Positions 25,430-36,466 of a DNA stretch of 36,466 nt are shown piece by piece. Origin of the DNA: Sphaeroforma arctica JP610. Its lineage: Eukaryota. Position 1 is the stretch's first letter. The number at the start of each line of letters is the position of its first letter. The position numbers and the translations under genes were made by a program. The stretch spans positions 3,797 through 40,262 of the forward strand of contig NW_014039987.1 of NCBI RefSeq assembly GCF_001186125.1. The letters are read 5' to 3'. Under the pieces are notes generated by a model. The model did not search any database and was not told the origin of the DNA. It worked only from the letters and a program-made list of their open reading frames with translations.

Positions 25430-28263
25430 CGGCCTGCCTATGATTCTATTTTAGGTTACCTATGATTCTGCTTTAGAATACCTATGATTTTGTTCTAGAG
25501 TGCGGTTAACCCTGTGATTCTGTTGTAGAAGAGCTACCTACGATTCTGTTTTAGCCTAAATATGATTATTTTTTAAGCTGCCTACAATTTTGTTGTAGAA
25601 ATCTACCTATAGTTCAATTTTAGTCTACTTATAATTTTGTTGTAGTAGGCTATCTACTGTTTTGTTTTAAAAGCTAAACTTGATTCTGTTGTTATAAATA
25701 TATTTTGGGCTGTCTGTGACTGTATTTCGACTACCTATGATTCTGCCATAGAATGCAATCTATAATTCAGATCGAACTGGCTACCTATGATTATAATTTA
25801 AAAGGCGGCATATGGCTCTATCTAAGAAGGCTACATATGATTTTGTTTTGAAATGCTGCCCGTGATATTGTTGTACAGGGCTTGTGTTAAAATTCTATAT
25901 GTGATACTTTCATAAGCTACCTGTTATCCTGTTTTTGATAGGCTATCTATCACTCTGTTCTAGGCTACCAGCAACATATGGTTCTATTTTAGACTGCCTC
26001 TGATTTTGTTGTAAAAGGCTAAATCTGTTTTTAAAGGCGACCTATGATTATGTTGTTGAAGACTACCTACTTTTCTAATTTGGACTACCTATGATTTTGT
26101 TGGAAGAGGCTACTTATGAATCTATTCCAGAAGGCTATCTACGATTCCCTATGAGTTCGTTTTAGGCTACCATTGCTTTTGCTGTAGAAGGATAGCTATT
26201 AAAATGTTTAGAAAGGCTACCTATGTTTCTATTTTACTATCTATGATGCTGTTTTGAAGGCTGCATATGATTCTGTATTAAAAGGCTATATATGATTCTG
26301 TTTTGAGGGCTACCTAATATAATGTGTGAAAACGCTACCTATGATTCTGTTGTAAGCTACCTATGATCCTGTTTTGAAATTCTAAAATATGATCATATTT
26401 TAGAAGGCTACAAATGATTCGTTTGAAAAGCTACCTATGGTTCTGTTGTTGAAGACTGACTATGAATATATCTTAGATACCGTTGGCTCTGTTGTGGACA
26501 TGATTTTGCTTTAAAAATCTACCTATGATTTTGCCTCTGATTTAGTTACAGAAGGCTACAACTGTTTTTATCCGCTACCTATAATTTTGTTTTGGAAGTC
26601 TACCTATTTTTCTATTTAAGGCTACCTATGTTTTTGCGTAGAAGGCTAATGATTTTGTTTTCGAAGACTACATACTGTCTCTTGTGAATTCGTTCAAGGC
26701 TATTCATAATTGTGTTGTAGTAGGATACCTAATAAAATGTTAAAAACACTACCAATGATTCTGTTTTAAACTACCCATGATTCCATATTAAACTATCTGT
26801 GATACTATTTTTAAAACTATCTATAATCTTGTTTTGAAAGGCTACATATGATCCTATTTTAAATGGCTATACATGATTCTGTTTTAAAGACTACCTACTG
26901 TAATGTTTAAGAACACTATCCATGATTTGGTTACCTATGATTTTAGGTTACCTATGACTTTGTTCTGTTGTGGAAGGCTAGACTACCCATTTTGTTTTGC
27001 TATATATGCTACCTATTATTTTGTTTTATTGCGCTACCTATAATCCTTTCGTAGGCTACCCAGAATTTTACTTCGAAGTTTTTGCTGTAGAAGGCTATTT
27101 ATGAATCTGCTTTAAAAATAACGCTACCTGGGATTCTGTTTTAGAAGGCTACCTATGATTCTGTTTTATGCTACCCAAAATTTTCTTTTAGGCTTTCTAT
27201 GATTTGATTGTGTAAGGCTACTTGAGATATTTTTAGGCTACCTATTATTCTGCTTAGGCTACCTATGAACAAGGGTATCTATGATTTAGTTCGAAAAGGC
27301 TACCGGTGAATCTATTTTTTTACAACGCTACATATGATTGTATTTGAAAACGCTAAATACCGATGCTTTTGTTGCTGTAAAGGAAAACTACTCCTTGTCT
27401 CTTTTTTTCTTTTAAATGCTATCAAAATTATGATGTATAGGGTTACTTATGATTACTTATGATTCTCATTGAAACAAACTCCATATGATTCCGTTTTAAA
27501 AGACTACCGATGATTATGCTTTAAAAGGCTATCTATGATTATGTTTGAAAGGCTAACTGTGAATCTGTTCCAGTAGGCCACATATGATTCTGTTTACAAG
27601 TGCTATATATTATTGTTTAAAAAGGCTATACATGATTCTTATAAGAGGTTATTTACCAATAATTGTTGTCTTAGAAAATACCTATGATTATGTTTTAAGA
27701 GACCTATGATTCTGTTTTTAAAAGCCAGCTATGATTTGTTTTAGTAGGATTTTCTTTTGAATCAAAGACTACATATAATTCTGTTTTCAAAGGCTACATA
27801 TGATTTTGTTCCAAAGGCTACATATGATACTGTTTTTAAAGGAATACTATCTGACATTCTGTTGTAGAAGGCTTATTGTCTAATAATGCTTTTAGAAGGA
27901 TATCTATATTTCTGTTTGGAGAAAGGATACAAATAATCATGCTGTAAAGGGCTACTTATGATTATACTTCAAAAGACTATCTACGATTCTGTCTGGAAAA
28001 GCTCCATATGATTCTGGTTTAAATACTACTCATGGTTCGTTTAAAAAGGCTACCTATGATTCTGTTCCAGTAGGCTACATATGATTCTGTTTAAAAGGGT
28101 TACATATATGGTTCTGTTTAAAAAGATTACACATGATTCTATTATAAAACGCTACCAATAATTGTTGTTTTAGAACCAAAATTATTATTAGGTTTTAAGC
28201 GACATATGATTATGTTTTAAAGACTACTTGTGGCTCGTTTCAAAAGGCTATCTATGATTATTT
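25430..28263. repeat. Degenerate ~25-bp satellite array, left arm
   Basis: Recurring aaaggctacctatgattctgtttt, with no ORFs in the track. Confidence 0.93.
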
Positions 28264-28562
28264 GTGTTGTTTTAATGTTTTATTAGACTTTTACGATACG
28301 ACAATGTGACTACGGATCACACCGTGTGTATCTGACAAATGACTACAGCACTGGGTAGTGAATTTTTTTCTCTCCAGGGTTATCGAGTTGTACGTAAGGC
28401 ACATAGCTCTTAGGTTAGTATTGGATTAATATATACATTAGAAGACACAGAGTCGTATGCAAATACGAGCTTGGTCTTGTCCTTCGACTAAGGTCAATTG
28501 GTCACGACGCTGATGATGCTTGCCTGTGAGGGGGACAGATGAAAAAGGGCGCGGTAGGGTGG

Positions 28563-28729
28563 GACGTGAGGAGAACAGATGATCAGAAGGATCATCTGTT
28601 CTTCACTTTATGTACCCTACTGTGTATAAAGTTCAGAGGAGTCATATGTACTGGAATGGCGAGAAATGAGTCATTCCAGAGAACATGATGACTCAAACAT
28701 AAATCGCAATTGTAAAAATTATAGCATTT
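28563..28729. repeat. Split direct repeat, internal copy (A2)
   Basis: 167 bp with 7 mismatches to 32878-33044 (manual comparison). Confidence 0.95.
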
Positions 28730-29690
28730 ATGTTGTTGCACTTCCGACCACCGTAAGGTCCCCATTGAAGAAGCTGTCGTGATGAGTAGGAATTATTGCC
28801 CTGACATAGGAGTTCACTGATCCCTGTTTGATCTTTAGTATAGCACTGATAATTCGCTGGGGCGTATTGATTGCCAAGTCGCTGGCGACGAATCCACGTC
28901 GAAAGGAGTGGGAGATTAGTGGCGTTATCAATTGCTGTGGGATGCCTGCTGCCACAATCTGATACTTCAGATCCGCCCAGAAATGTATGCGTTGTGCCGT
29001 GGCGGTGAAAATGCCCTCCATCTCATCAGAGTCTACCGTGGACACTAGATTGCCACGGAAGTACTGTTGTCCTAAAAAGCGGAGAGTCTGTTGCAAGTGA
29101 GCTTGCAAGAAAGCAAAGACTTGAGGCTGGACTGGCCGCGCATGAGTTGCGAAAGTGTTTGTGCTGCGATTATGTCGTTTCCTACCGACGAGCGTTGTAA
29201 AAATTGTTGTGTACGATTCATTAAATGTCATACGAATCGGGCTGAAGTTGTTCATAGACGAGATCCTCGGTCCTACCAGGAAGAAGAACACTATCAAAGC
29301 ATGCTAGTACACCGGGACCGCCGGACAAGAGTAAAGGGCCGATATCCAACCGGCATAAAATCTGGGGTAGTGGCGCGCCCGTCAAGAACAAGAATTGGCT
29401 TACATGCGGTCTTCAATTTGCCCCATATGGCCGTGGTCATCTCGTTCGGGTGTGTTGACTGTGAGCGGAGTATGATGCCCCACTTTAACATCGTGGCGCT
29501 GACTGTATGCGTCTGTGGCGGTTTCATATTCTGCACTTTCATGAGCTATAAGAGGTATTGAATAGCAGCGTCGCGTGTATCTGGGGGTGTGTCCCGTGAT
29601 ATACCGATCAGGGGTGCGATTCAACGAAATCGATAATCTCCGCTGTGTACTGCCTCGCTTTGCCATCTTTATTACCACTTACTGTGAACC
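28728..29690 (-). pseudogene. Tyrosine recombinase of the retroelement, N-terminal part disrupted
   Basis: ORF 28728-29297 contains VGPRIS (catalytic R), GRKRH (K), SHSFRRG (HxxR) and NSYVR (Y). The upstream part is broken by stops and frameshifts, so the 5' limit is approximate. Confidence 0.8.
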
Positions 29691-29720
29691 AGTCGTGATA
29701 AGTAGATATGTTGAAAGTAT

Positions 29721-31658
29721 CTAACTTGGAAGGGCGATTAGAACGGCCACGAATTGCCAAGGAGGAGCTTGCCTTCCGTGACGGATTGCTGCTTCCACCG
29801 GGTATTGGACGTCGCCCTGAGCCAACAGTCGGAGATTGACCACCATGGTGCGAAGATCCGGCCACCAAGGGGCTTTGAGCCATAACGGCGCTATCAATAT
29901 TGCTGTTGCTGATTGTGCTCGAAGTTCCTGTAGTGTGTGTGCCACCATTGATTCTGGGGGTGTGAGCAGGTGCACCTCTTTGTTCCAGCGATGATGGTAC
30001 GCATGTACTTGTGCCAGAGCTCCGTGGTGGGCCATTTGCTGGTAATAAGCGACCGGAAATAGATCCTTCGGCTGATGTTTGACAGTTGGTGCCCAATCCA
30101 AGTACAGCTGGAGAGCCACCGATTGTATTTTTATTGTATCAATTTCCCTGATCGGCTCAGTCGATCTGCTGCCGAGTTGAATGCTCCTGGGTAATAGGCA
30201 ATGACTGCTGGCCATACGGCTTGTAGACGGTGGATTGTTGATGCCAGCGTCAACAAATCCTGATTCATGAGGTAACTGCCTGATTGGCGGCGTCGTAGCG
30301 CTGCCAGTGCAGTTGTGGAGTCTGCTAGCACTAAGATCGGCTGCTGTAGACTCAATTGCTGACGATTCCAAAAATGAAGTAGACAGCGGATGATGGCCCG
30401 CAATTCCAGTACTGAAATCGGTCAAGTTGCTTCTGTTGGAGACGAGCGCCAGGCATGTGTCCACGTTTGGCTGTGAATGGTCAGAGTGCCTTTCCCTCCC
30501 AATTTCGACGCACCTGTCGTTAGTGAGTGGTTGCGGGGAATTTGAATGAAGATCTCTCGAGGTTGATGATGTGTTAGTGCGTACACTAATTTCTCCAACT
30601 TTCGAAACGCTGAGCCTGATAGTCGAACTTTTGCATGCCACGGGTTGTTCTGACGGGCCTGAGTCGTTATCTTGGCTTGGCGTCGTAAATCCGCAAGATA
30701 TGGGCGCGCTGTGGGTACGACGAAGGTTGCCCACTGCACGAGTTCTAGGTATCTCTGCCACTGTTTGAGTCCAATCCATCGCTGTTGGCTCAGAGTCCGT
30801 CGCTGTATGTTCGACGACGCAATCGTTAGTTTTGTGTGCAAACCCCGTGTCAGGCGAAATCGATCCAGTTCTAGATTTACGCTTACTCCTAGGTGGTCAG
30901 CTATCCGTACTGGTGTGAAAAAGCGACCCTTCTCCAGTGCCAGGCGTAAGTCTAACTTGAGTACCATTGTGTATATGAAGTTCCGGTGCTCGAGAATCAA
31001 TTGTGCTGGGCTCAATATGATCAGATCGTCCGCGTACAGGAGGACCAACTTCCGGAAGATGTCCATCAGGCAATTGAAATAGTAAGGGCTGAAAGTTGCC
31101 CCCATCGGCAGGGCCAAATATTCGTACAGCTGACTTCGTGGTCCCCGTATTTGCCACTACTTTGGATCGCGGTTGCGGAGGGCGAAGAAACCATCCCGAA
31201 AATCCGTGGTCATCATATGATCGGTTGGTCTCGCTGTTGTGCTCAGCAACTCTAGTCCCTCCCATCTTGAATTTCGGTGTGTGTGAATAATTGTTGATAA
31301 GTGTTGGGCTGACTATTATGCGTGCTCGCTTCTGTAATTTCGCTAGGGCGAAACTGTCGTGCACGCAGAAAGCTTGACCTTCGCTGATACGGCGTAGAAA
31401 CCCCAGTTTCTCTTGCCTGTCGTATTCTGCGACTGCTATTTCTTTGCTGACTTCGTGAATGTCTATGTATCGTCCCCGCTTGTTCGGTTTGGGCGGACCA
31501 TCTGGCCCCCACAGGATTGGAACTCCATGGTGGATTCATTGTATGACCTTCTTAGGGGCACCAGCCCCCCTCCAGGCGGCGAGATTAGACCGAACAGACG
31601 CAAATAGAGGTGGTAATAGCTTAGCCTTGGTCGGTACGGGGCTATCGCACCCAGGCAT
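29721..31658 (-). pseudogene. pol: reverse transcriptase, RNase H and DIRS-type methyltransferase-like domain, with stops and frameshifts
   Basis: RT motifs: AAWRGAGAPKKVIQ*IHHG, PKFKM, TDFRDGFF, YLALPMGATFSPYYF, LYADDLII, HLGV. RNase H motifs: TTGASKLG (D lost), LELRAI, ADSTTA, NSAADRLSR. MT-like region: KDLFP..HRWNKEVHLLTPPESMVAHTLQEL..AILIAPLWLKAPWWPDL. Confidence 0.9.
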
Positions 31659-31719
31659 GTATGGTTATATCTTGTGTAAAATATATTCTTATAATAAAAT
31701 TCTGAGAAGGAGCTATTAA

Positions 31720-32829
31720 CTATTTCTCGAACGGATTGATAATTATTTTGAACGGATTGAAATTCTCTTTATTGTCCTTGTTGGCACCGTTGCGTCCACC
31801 TACACTGTCTCTTTCCCTTCCTCGAGTGCGATCGTTCTGTACCGTGTTAGGTGCGTTCTGTGGAGGCCCATGCTTATTAGCGTGTTCGCGTCTAGTGTCA
31901 AATTGTCGATTTTGATGAGAAGCACCTCTGATGAGGTCAAATTCATTCTTCTTCTGTAGCACGGCTTTAAAAGTTTTGGCGTAGTCGCCCGTGATGTCAT
32001 GTGCTGCTCGGTGCTTATTCTCGACGAGAGCAGCTACCGCCGCACCCTGCTTGATGCGGATCCACTTGACTTCGCAAATGTGTATGATGTCTGAAATTAA
32101 TTTGCAGACAACCCCTTGGAGTGCTGAGAGCTGCTCTTCGGGGGTGGAGCAAGCAACCGCTGACTGATTCAAGCCTCGAAGAAGCCAATTGTAGTGTGTG
32201 ATGTGATCGTTGAGTTCTCGCTGAACTGGCTCCGCCTCTCGTTCGTACCTAGCCTTTGCAAATGTGTATGATGTCTAAAATTAATTCGAAGACAACCCTT
32301 TGGAGTGCTGACAGCTGCCCTTCGGGGGTGGAGCAAGCAACCGCTGACTGATTCAAGCCCCGACGAAGCCAATTGTAGTGTGTGATGTGATGTGATCGTT
32401 GAGTTCTCGCTGAACTGACTCTGCCTCTCGTCCGTACCAACTAGGTGCGATGCAGGGGCGTGAACGCAAACCTTCTGGGAAATCGACGTTTTGACAGATA
32501 AACGAGGAGAAGAGCTCGATGGGCTCACCTGTGGACACCGGTGTTTTGGGTTCAACTTTGGTTTGGAACCATTGCGCAAATGCGCTATTGTTACTGATAG
32601 GGTGGGAAGTTCTATAGTTCATCAACAACGTTGGGTGGGAATAATCAGGTATCAAATAGCAAGTGTTAGCGAACGCTCCAAGAATGTTCGTTAGTGTCCG
32701 TAGGGCCGTGGTAGTCGGATCTTGCGCCAATAGTTCCAGTTGGTTAACCTGGACACCAAGTTGATTCTGCAGGGCTGTAATAGCCTCTTGCTGTTGTCGC
32801 AGAACTTGGCGTATTTCCTAGTCCGCCAT
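31720..32829 (-). pseudogene. ORF1/gag-like protein of the retroelement, disrupted
   Basis: ATG at 32829 with TAG at codon 4, then a coiled-coil-like segment (EIRQVLRQQQEAITALQNQL). An internal 184-bp-period duplication breaks the frame and the C-terminus is R/N/G-rich. Assigned by position only. Confidence 0.6.
32074..32440. repeat. Tandem duplication (period 184 bp) inside the gag-like ORF
   Basis: gcaaatgtgtatgatgtct..gagttctcgctgaactg..cgtacc begins at 32074 and again at 32258. Confidence 0.93.
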
Positions 32830-32877
32830 ATTACGATGTGATCTGCCGGAGGGATAGTAAAGTCTACTTTAACAATT

Positions 32878-33044
32878 GACGTGAGGAGAACAGATGATCA
32901 GAAGGATCTTCTGTTCTTCACTTTATATACCCTACTGTGTATAAAGTTTAGAGGAGTCATGTGAACTGGAATGACGAGAAATGAGTCATTCCAGAGAACA
33001 TGATGACTCAAACATAAATCGCAATTGTAAAAATTGTAGCATTT
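32878..33044. repeat. Split direct repeat, 5'-terminal copy (A1)
   Basis: Matches 28563-28729. The satellite resumes directly after it. Confidence 0.95.
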
Positions 33045-36000
33045 TTGATAAGGCTATCTATATTTTTTGTTCTAGTAGGCTACATATGATTCTATATAAA
33101 AGGGCTATACATGGTTATTTTATAAACGCTACCAGAACGATAAATATGACTATGTTTTAAGCGATCTATGGTTCTGTTTTTAAAAGCCAGCCATGCGATT
33201 TCGTTTTAGAAGGCTATCTCTAATTCTTTGAATTTAAAGCTACATATAAAACTGTTTAGGAATGCTATCTGTCATTCTGTTGTAGAGAGCTGTACTGACA
33301 TCGGTTCTGTATAAAAAGATGACTTATGATTTCATTTTAACCAGCTAGTTATAATTATTTTGTGGAAGTTACGTTAGGTATGATTCTATGTTAAAAGACT
33401 ATCTATGATCATTTTTGAAAAGGCTACCTATATTTTTGTTCTAGTAGGCTACATATGATTCTGTATAAAGGGCTATATACCAGAACGATAAATATGATTA
33501 TGTTTTAAGCGATCTATGATCCGGGTTTCAAAAGCCAGCTATGAGATTTCGTTTTAGAAGGCTATCTATAACTCTTTGAATCAAAGGCTACATATGCTAC
33601 TGTTTAAGAATGCTATCTGTCATTCTGTTGTAGAGGGCTGTACAAACATTGGTACTGTATAGAAAGATGACACATGATTCTGTTTTAACCAGCTACTTAT
33701 GATTCTGTTGTACTAGTTAATTTGGTTTAAGAGGCTATTATAACATATCAATAGCTATTAAAACATATTAATAGATATTGAAACGTATTAATTTGTTTTA
33801 GAAGGCTATGTATTAATTCCTTTTACGATATCTAAGTTTCTGTTTCAAGAAAAAGGCTACCGATAATTATATTGTAGAGAGCCCCTTACGATTCTGTTTC
33901 AAAAGGCTTTCTACGATGCTGTTTGAAAAGACTACATATCATTCTGGTTTAAAAGGCAACATACGATTATGCTGTACATCGCTACCTATGATTCTGCTTT
34001 AGGCTATTTAAGAATAGGTTTTATAAGGTCTCGTAAGATTTGATTCAAATTTCTCCCTATGGCTATGTTGTAGAAGAATACCTATGATTCTTTCATCGAA
34101 GGCTACATATGAATAAGTTTCAAAAGGCTGCCTATGGTTCTGTGGTAGAAGATTACTTATGAATCGGTTTTCAAAGGCCACCTATGGTCTTTTAAATTAA
34201 TGGCTATCTATGATTCTGCTTCAGAAGGCTACATACAATGCTGTTTAAGAAGGCTATATGTGATTTTGTTGTAGAGGGCTAACTTTGACTCTGTTTAAAA
34301 TGGCATCTTATGATTCTTTTTTAAATCTGTTGTTAGAATTATGTTAGCAATAATTCTATTCTATTTAAAAGATTATCCATCATCCTGTTAAAACAAAAGG
34401 AGAACTATGATTCTGATTTTAAAGGCTACACATGACTCTGCCACAGAAGGCTGCATAATACTTTGTTTAGAAGGTTATCTATGATTTTATTTTAAAGAAG
34501 GCTACCAATAATTATGTTCCGGATAGTTACTTATGATGCTGTTTCAAAAGATTATCGATGACTGTTTCAAAAGACTCTATACGATTCTGCTTTAAAAGAT
34601 TACATATGATTCTGTTTAAATTGTGCTACTTGTGGTTATTTTATGGTTACCTATGATTCTAGTATCAAAGGGTACATCTGGTTCTGTTCAAGAATGCTAC
34701 CTATGGATCTGTTACAGAATATTACTTACGCTACCCATGATTCTGTTTTAAAAGGAGGCAACCTATATTCTGTTGTTAAAGATTGCATATGAATCTGGGT
34801 TGAAAAGTTATCTATGATCTGTATCAAAAGCCTATCTATGATTCTGTTTGAAAAGGCTACATATGATCATATTTTAAGAAGGCTACATATAATTCTGTTA
34901 TAGAAGGGTACTTGTATTTATAAATTAAAGCTCTCTATAATTCTGGGTTGAAAGGCTATCTATGTTTTCGTTTCAAAAGACGTTTTATGATTCCATTATG
35001 CAATACTATTATGTTGTTTTAAAAGGCTACCTGTGTGTATGTTTTGAAAAAGCTACCTGTGATTATGGCGTAAAAGGTCACGTATGATTTTGTTTTAAAA
35101 CGCTATCTGTGATTTTGTCTTAGGCTATCCATGATTTTGTTTTTTAAGGCCAGGTACGATCCTGATTTAGGTGACTTATGCTTCTCTTTTCTATGAAAGC
35201 TACCTACGATACTGTTTTAGAAGTCTACCAACATAGTATTCTGTTGTAGAAGCCTACGTATGGTTCTGTTTTAGCACGATATATGGCTACGCGTAGCTCT
35301 GTTTAAATGGGGTTTCTAAAATCCCTCTTACTGAGGAAGCTATGTATGAAACTGTTGTGATATGCTACCTATGATTTTTTTTTGAAAGGCTACCTATGGT
35401 TCTCATTAGAAGGCCACCTATGATGCTACTTATGCTTCTGTTTTGGAAGATTACCTATAAATCCGGGTTAAAAAGCTACCTACGATTCTGTTGCAAAAGG
35501 ATATCTTAATACTTTTTTTAAAAGTCTACCTATAAGTTATTTCAAAAGGCTCAATATGGATAGGCTTTAAAAGACTACTTATGAATTTGGTTTAAAAGGC
35601 TACCTATGATTCTGCTTCAAAAAGATACGTACGATTCTCTTGTAGAAGCCTACGTATGATTCTGGCTGAAAAGGGTTTCTATGATTCCTTTTTAAAAGGC
35701 TAGCTATGATTATGTTCAAAAAGACCATCTTAGATTCTGTTTTGTAAGGCTACCTATGTCAGATTTAAAGGGCCACCTATTATTGTTATAAAAGTCTACC
35801 TATGATTCTTTCTAGGAAAGCTACCTATGTGATTCTGTTTAAGAAGGTTATCTATGATTTTTTTTTTAGAATGCTTCATACGAATCTATTTTGGAAAGCT
35901 ACTTTAATAAAATCTGTTTCGAAAGGTTACCTATGATTCTGTTTAAGAAGGCTACATAAGATTCTGTAGAATATTAGCCATGAATATGTTATAAAAGGTG

Positions 36001-36466
36001 ATTTATGAATTCTGTTGCATCAAAGGCTATTTATGACTCTTTTCTAAAACAGAGTACCTAAAATTTGTCTTAGAAGGTGACATATGATTCTAATTTAGCA
36101 GCATACCCATGGCTCTCTTTCAAAAGGTTGCCTATAATTCTGCTTCGGAAGGCGATCTGTGAATCTATTTCAAAAAGCTACTTATGGTTCTATTTAAAAG
36201 GGCTACCAATGATTCTGTTGAGTACGATTATCCATGAATTTGTTGTAAAAGCTTAGCTATGATTTCTGTTGTAGCAAACTAACCTTGACTATTTACGATA
36301 TTGTTTTAAAATGCTCCCTGTGATTCTGTTGTAAAAGGATACATTTAATTCTGATTAAGAAAGCTACCTTTTATCATGTTTTTCAATGTTAATATTATGT
36401 TTTAGGCTACCAATAATTCCGTGTTCAAAGGCTGCATAGGATTCTATTTTGAGACGCTACTTTTGA
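33045..36466. repeat. Degenerate ~25-bp satellite array, right arm (runs off the window)
   Basis: Same aaaggctacctatgattctgtttt consensus and orientation as the left arm. Confidence 0.93.

Larger units (their letters stand above)
28260..33044 (-). mobile_element. DIRS-order (tyrosine recombinase) retrotransposon with split direct repeats (PAT-like architecture), degenerate
   Basis: Order on the minus strand is gag-like ORF, RT, RNase H, MT-like domain, YR. A 167-bp direct repeat lies at the 5' terminus and again just after the YR stop. Satellite flanks both sides and ATTT is present at both junctions. Confidence 0.9.

Noticed and set aside
28500..28560. Hammerhead ribozyme (CTGATGA...GAAA) near the element end
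   Set aside because: I could not form stem II directly flanking the core, or convincing stems I and III.
29091..31719. Plus-strand ORFs within the retroelement
   Set aside because: They are antisense shadows of pol/YR with no recognisable motifs.
32855..32877. Weak inverted similarity (gtaaagtcta..aacaatt) to the element's left end, suggesting a DIRS1-type ITR/ICR
   Set aside because: Only ~10 AT-rich nt match with a gap, which is compatible with chance.

Overview
This is eukaryotic genomic DNA, AT-rich with many (TA)n microsatellites, two assembly gaps and GT-AG introns. The LARP1 motifs look holozoan-like, but the organism cannot be fixed from the sequence. From left to right it contains: (1) an intronless Mx/DRP4-like dynamin gene (731-3213, +) whose GTPase half is broken by a stop and two frameshifts, while the stalk/GED half is open for 588 codons and carries a ~135-aa beta-rich, MATH/TRAF-like insertion; (2) a 3-exon RPL22 gene (-), with three tandem stem-loops just upstream of the intron-1 acceptor; (3) a divergently transcribed LARP1 gene (+, 19 coding exons, ~959 aa, La motif plus DM15) whose introns hold minisatellites and partial exon copies; (4) a ~65-bp satellite followed by a ~25-bp satellite array running to the window end; and (5) inside that array, a ~4.8-kb degenerate DIRS-order retrotransposon (gag-like ORF, RT/RNase H, methyltransferase-like domain, tyrosine recombinase) with strongly asymmetric split direct repeats, integrated at an ATTT core.
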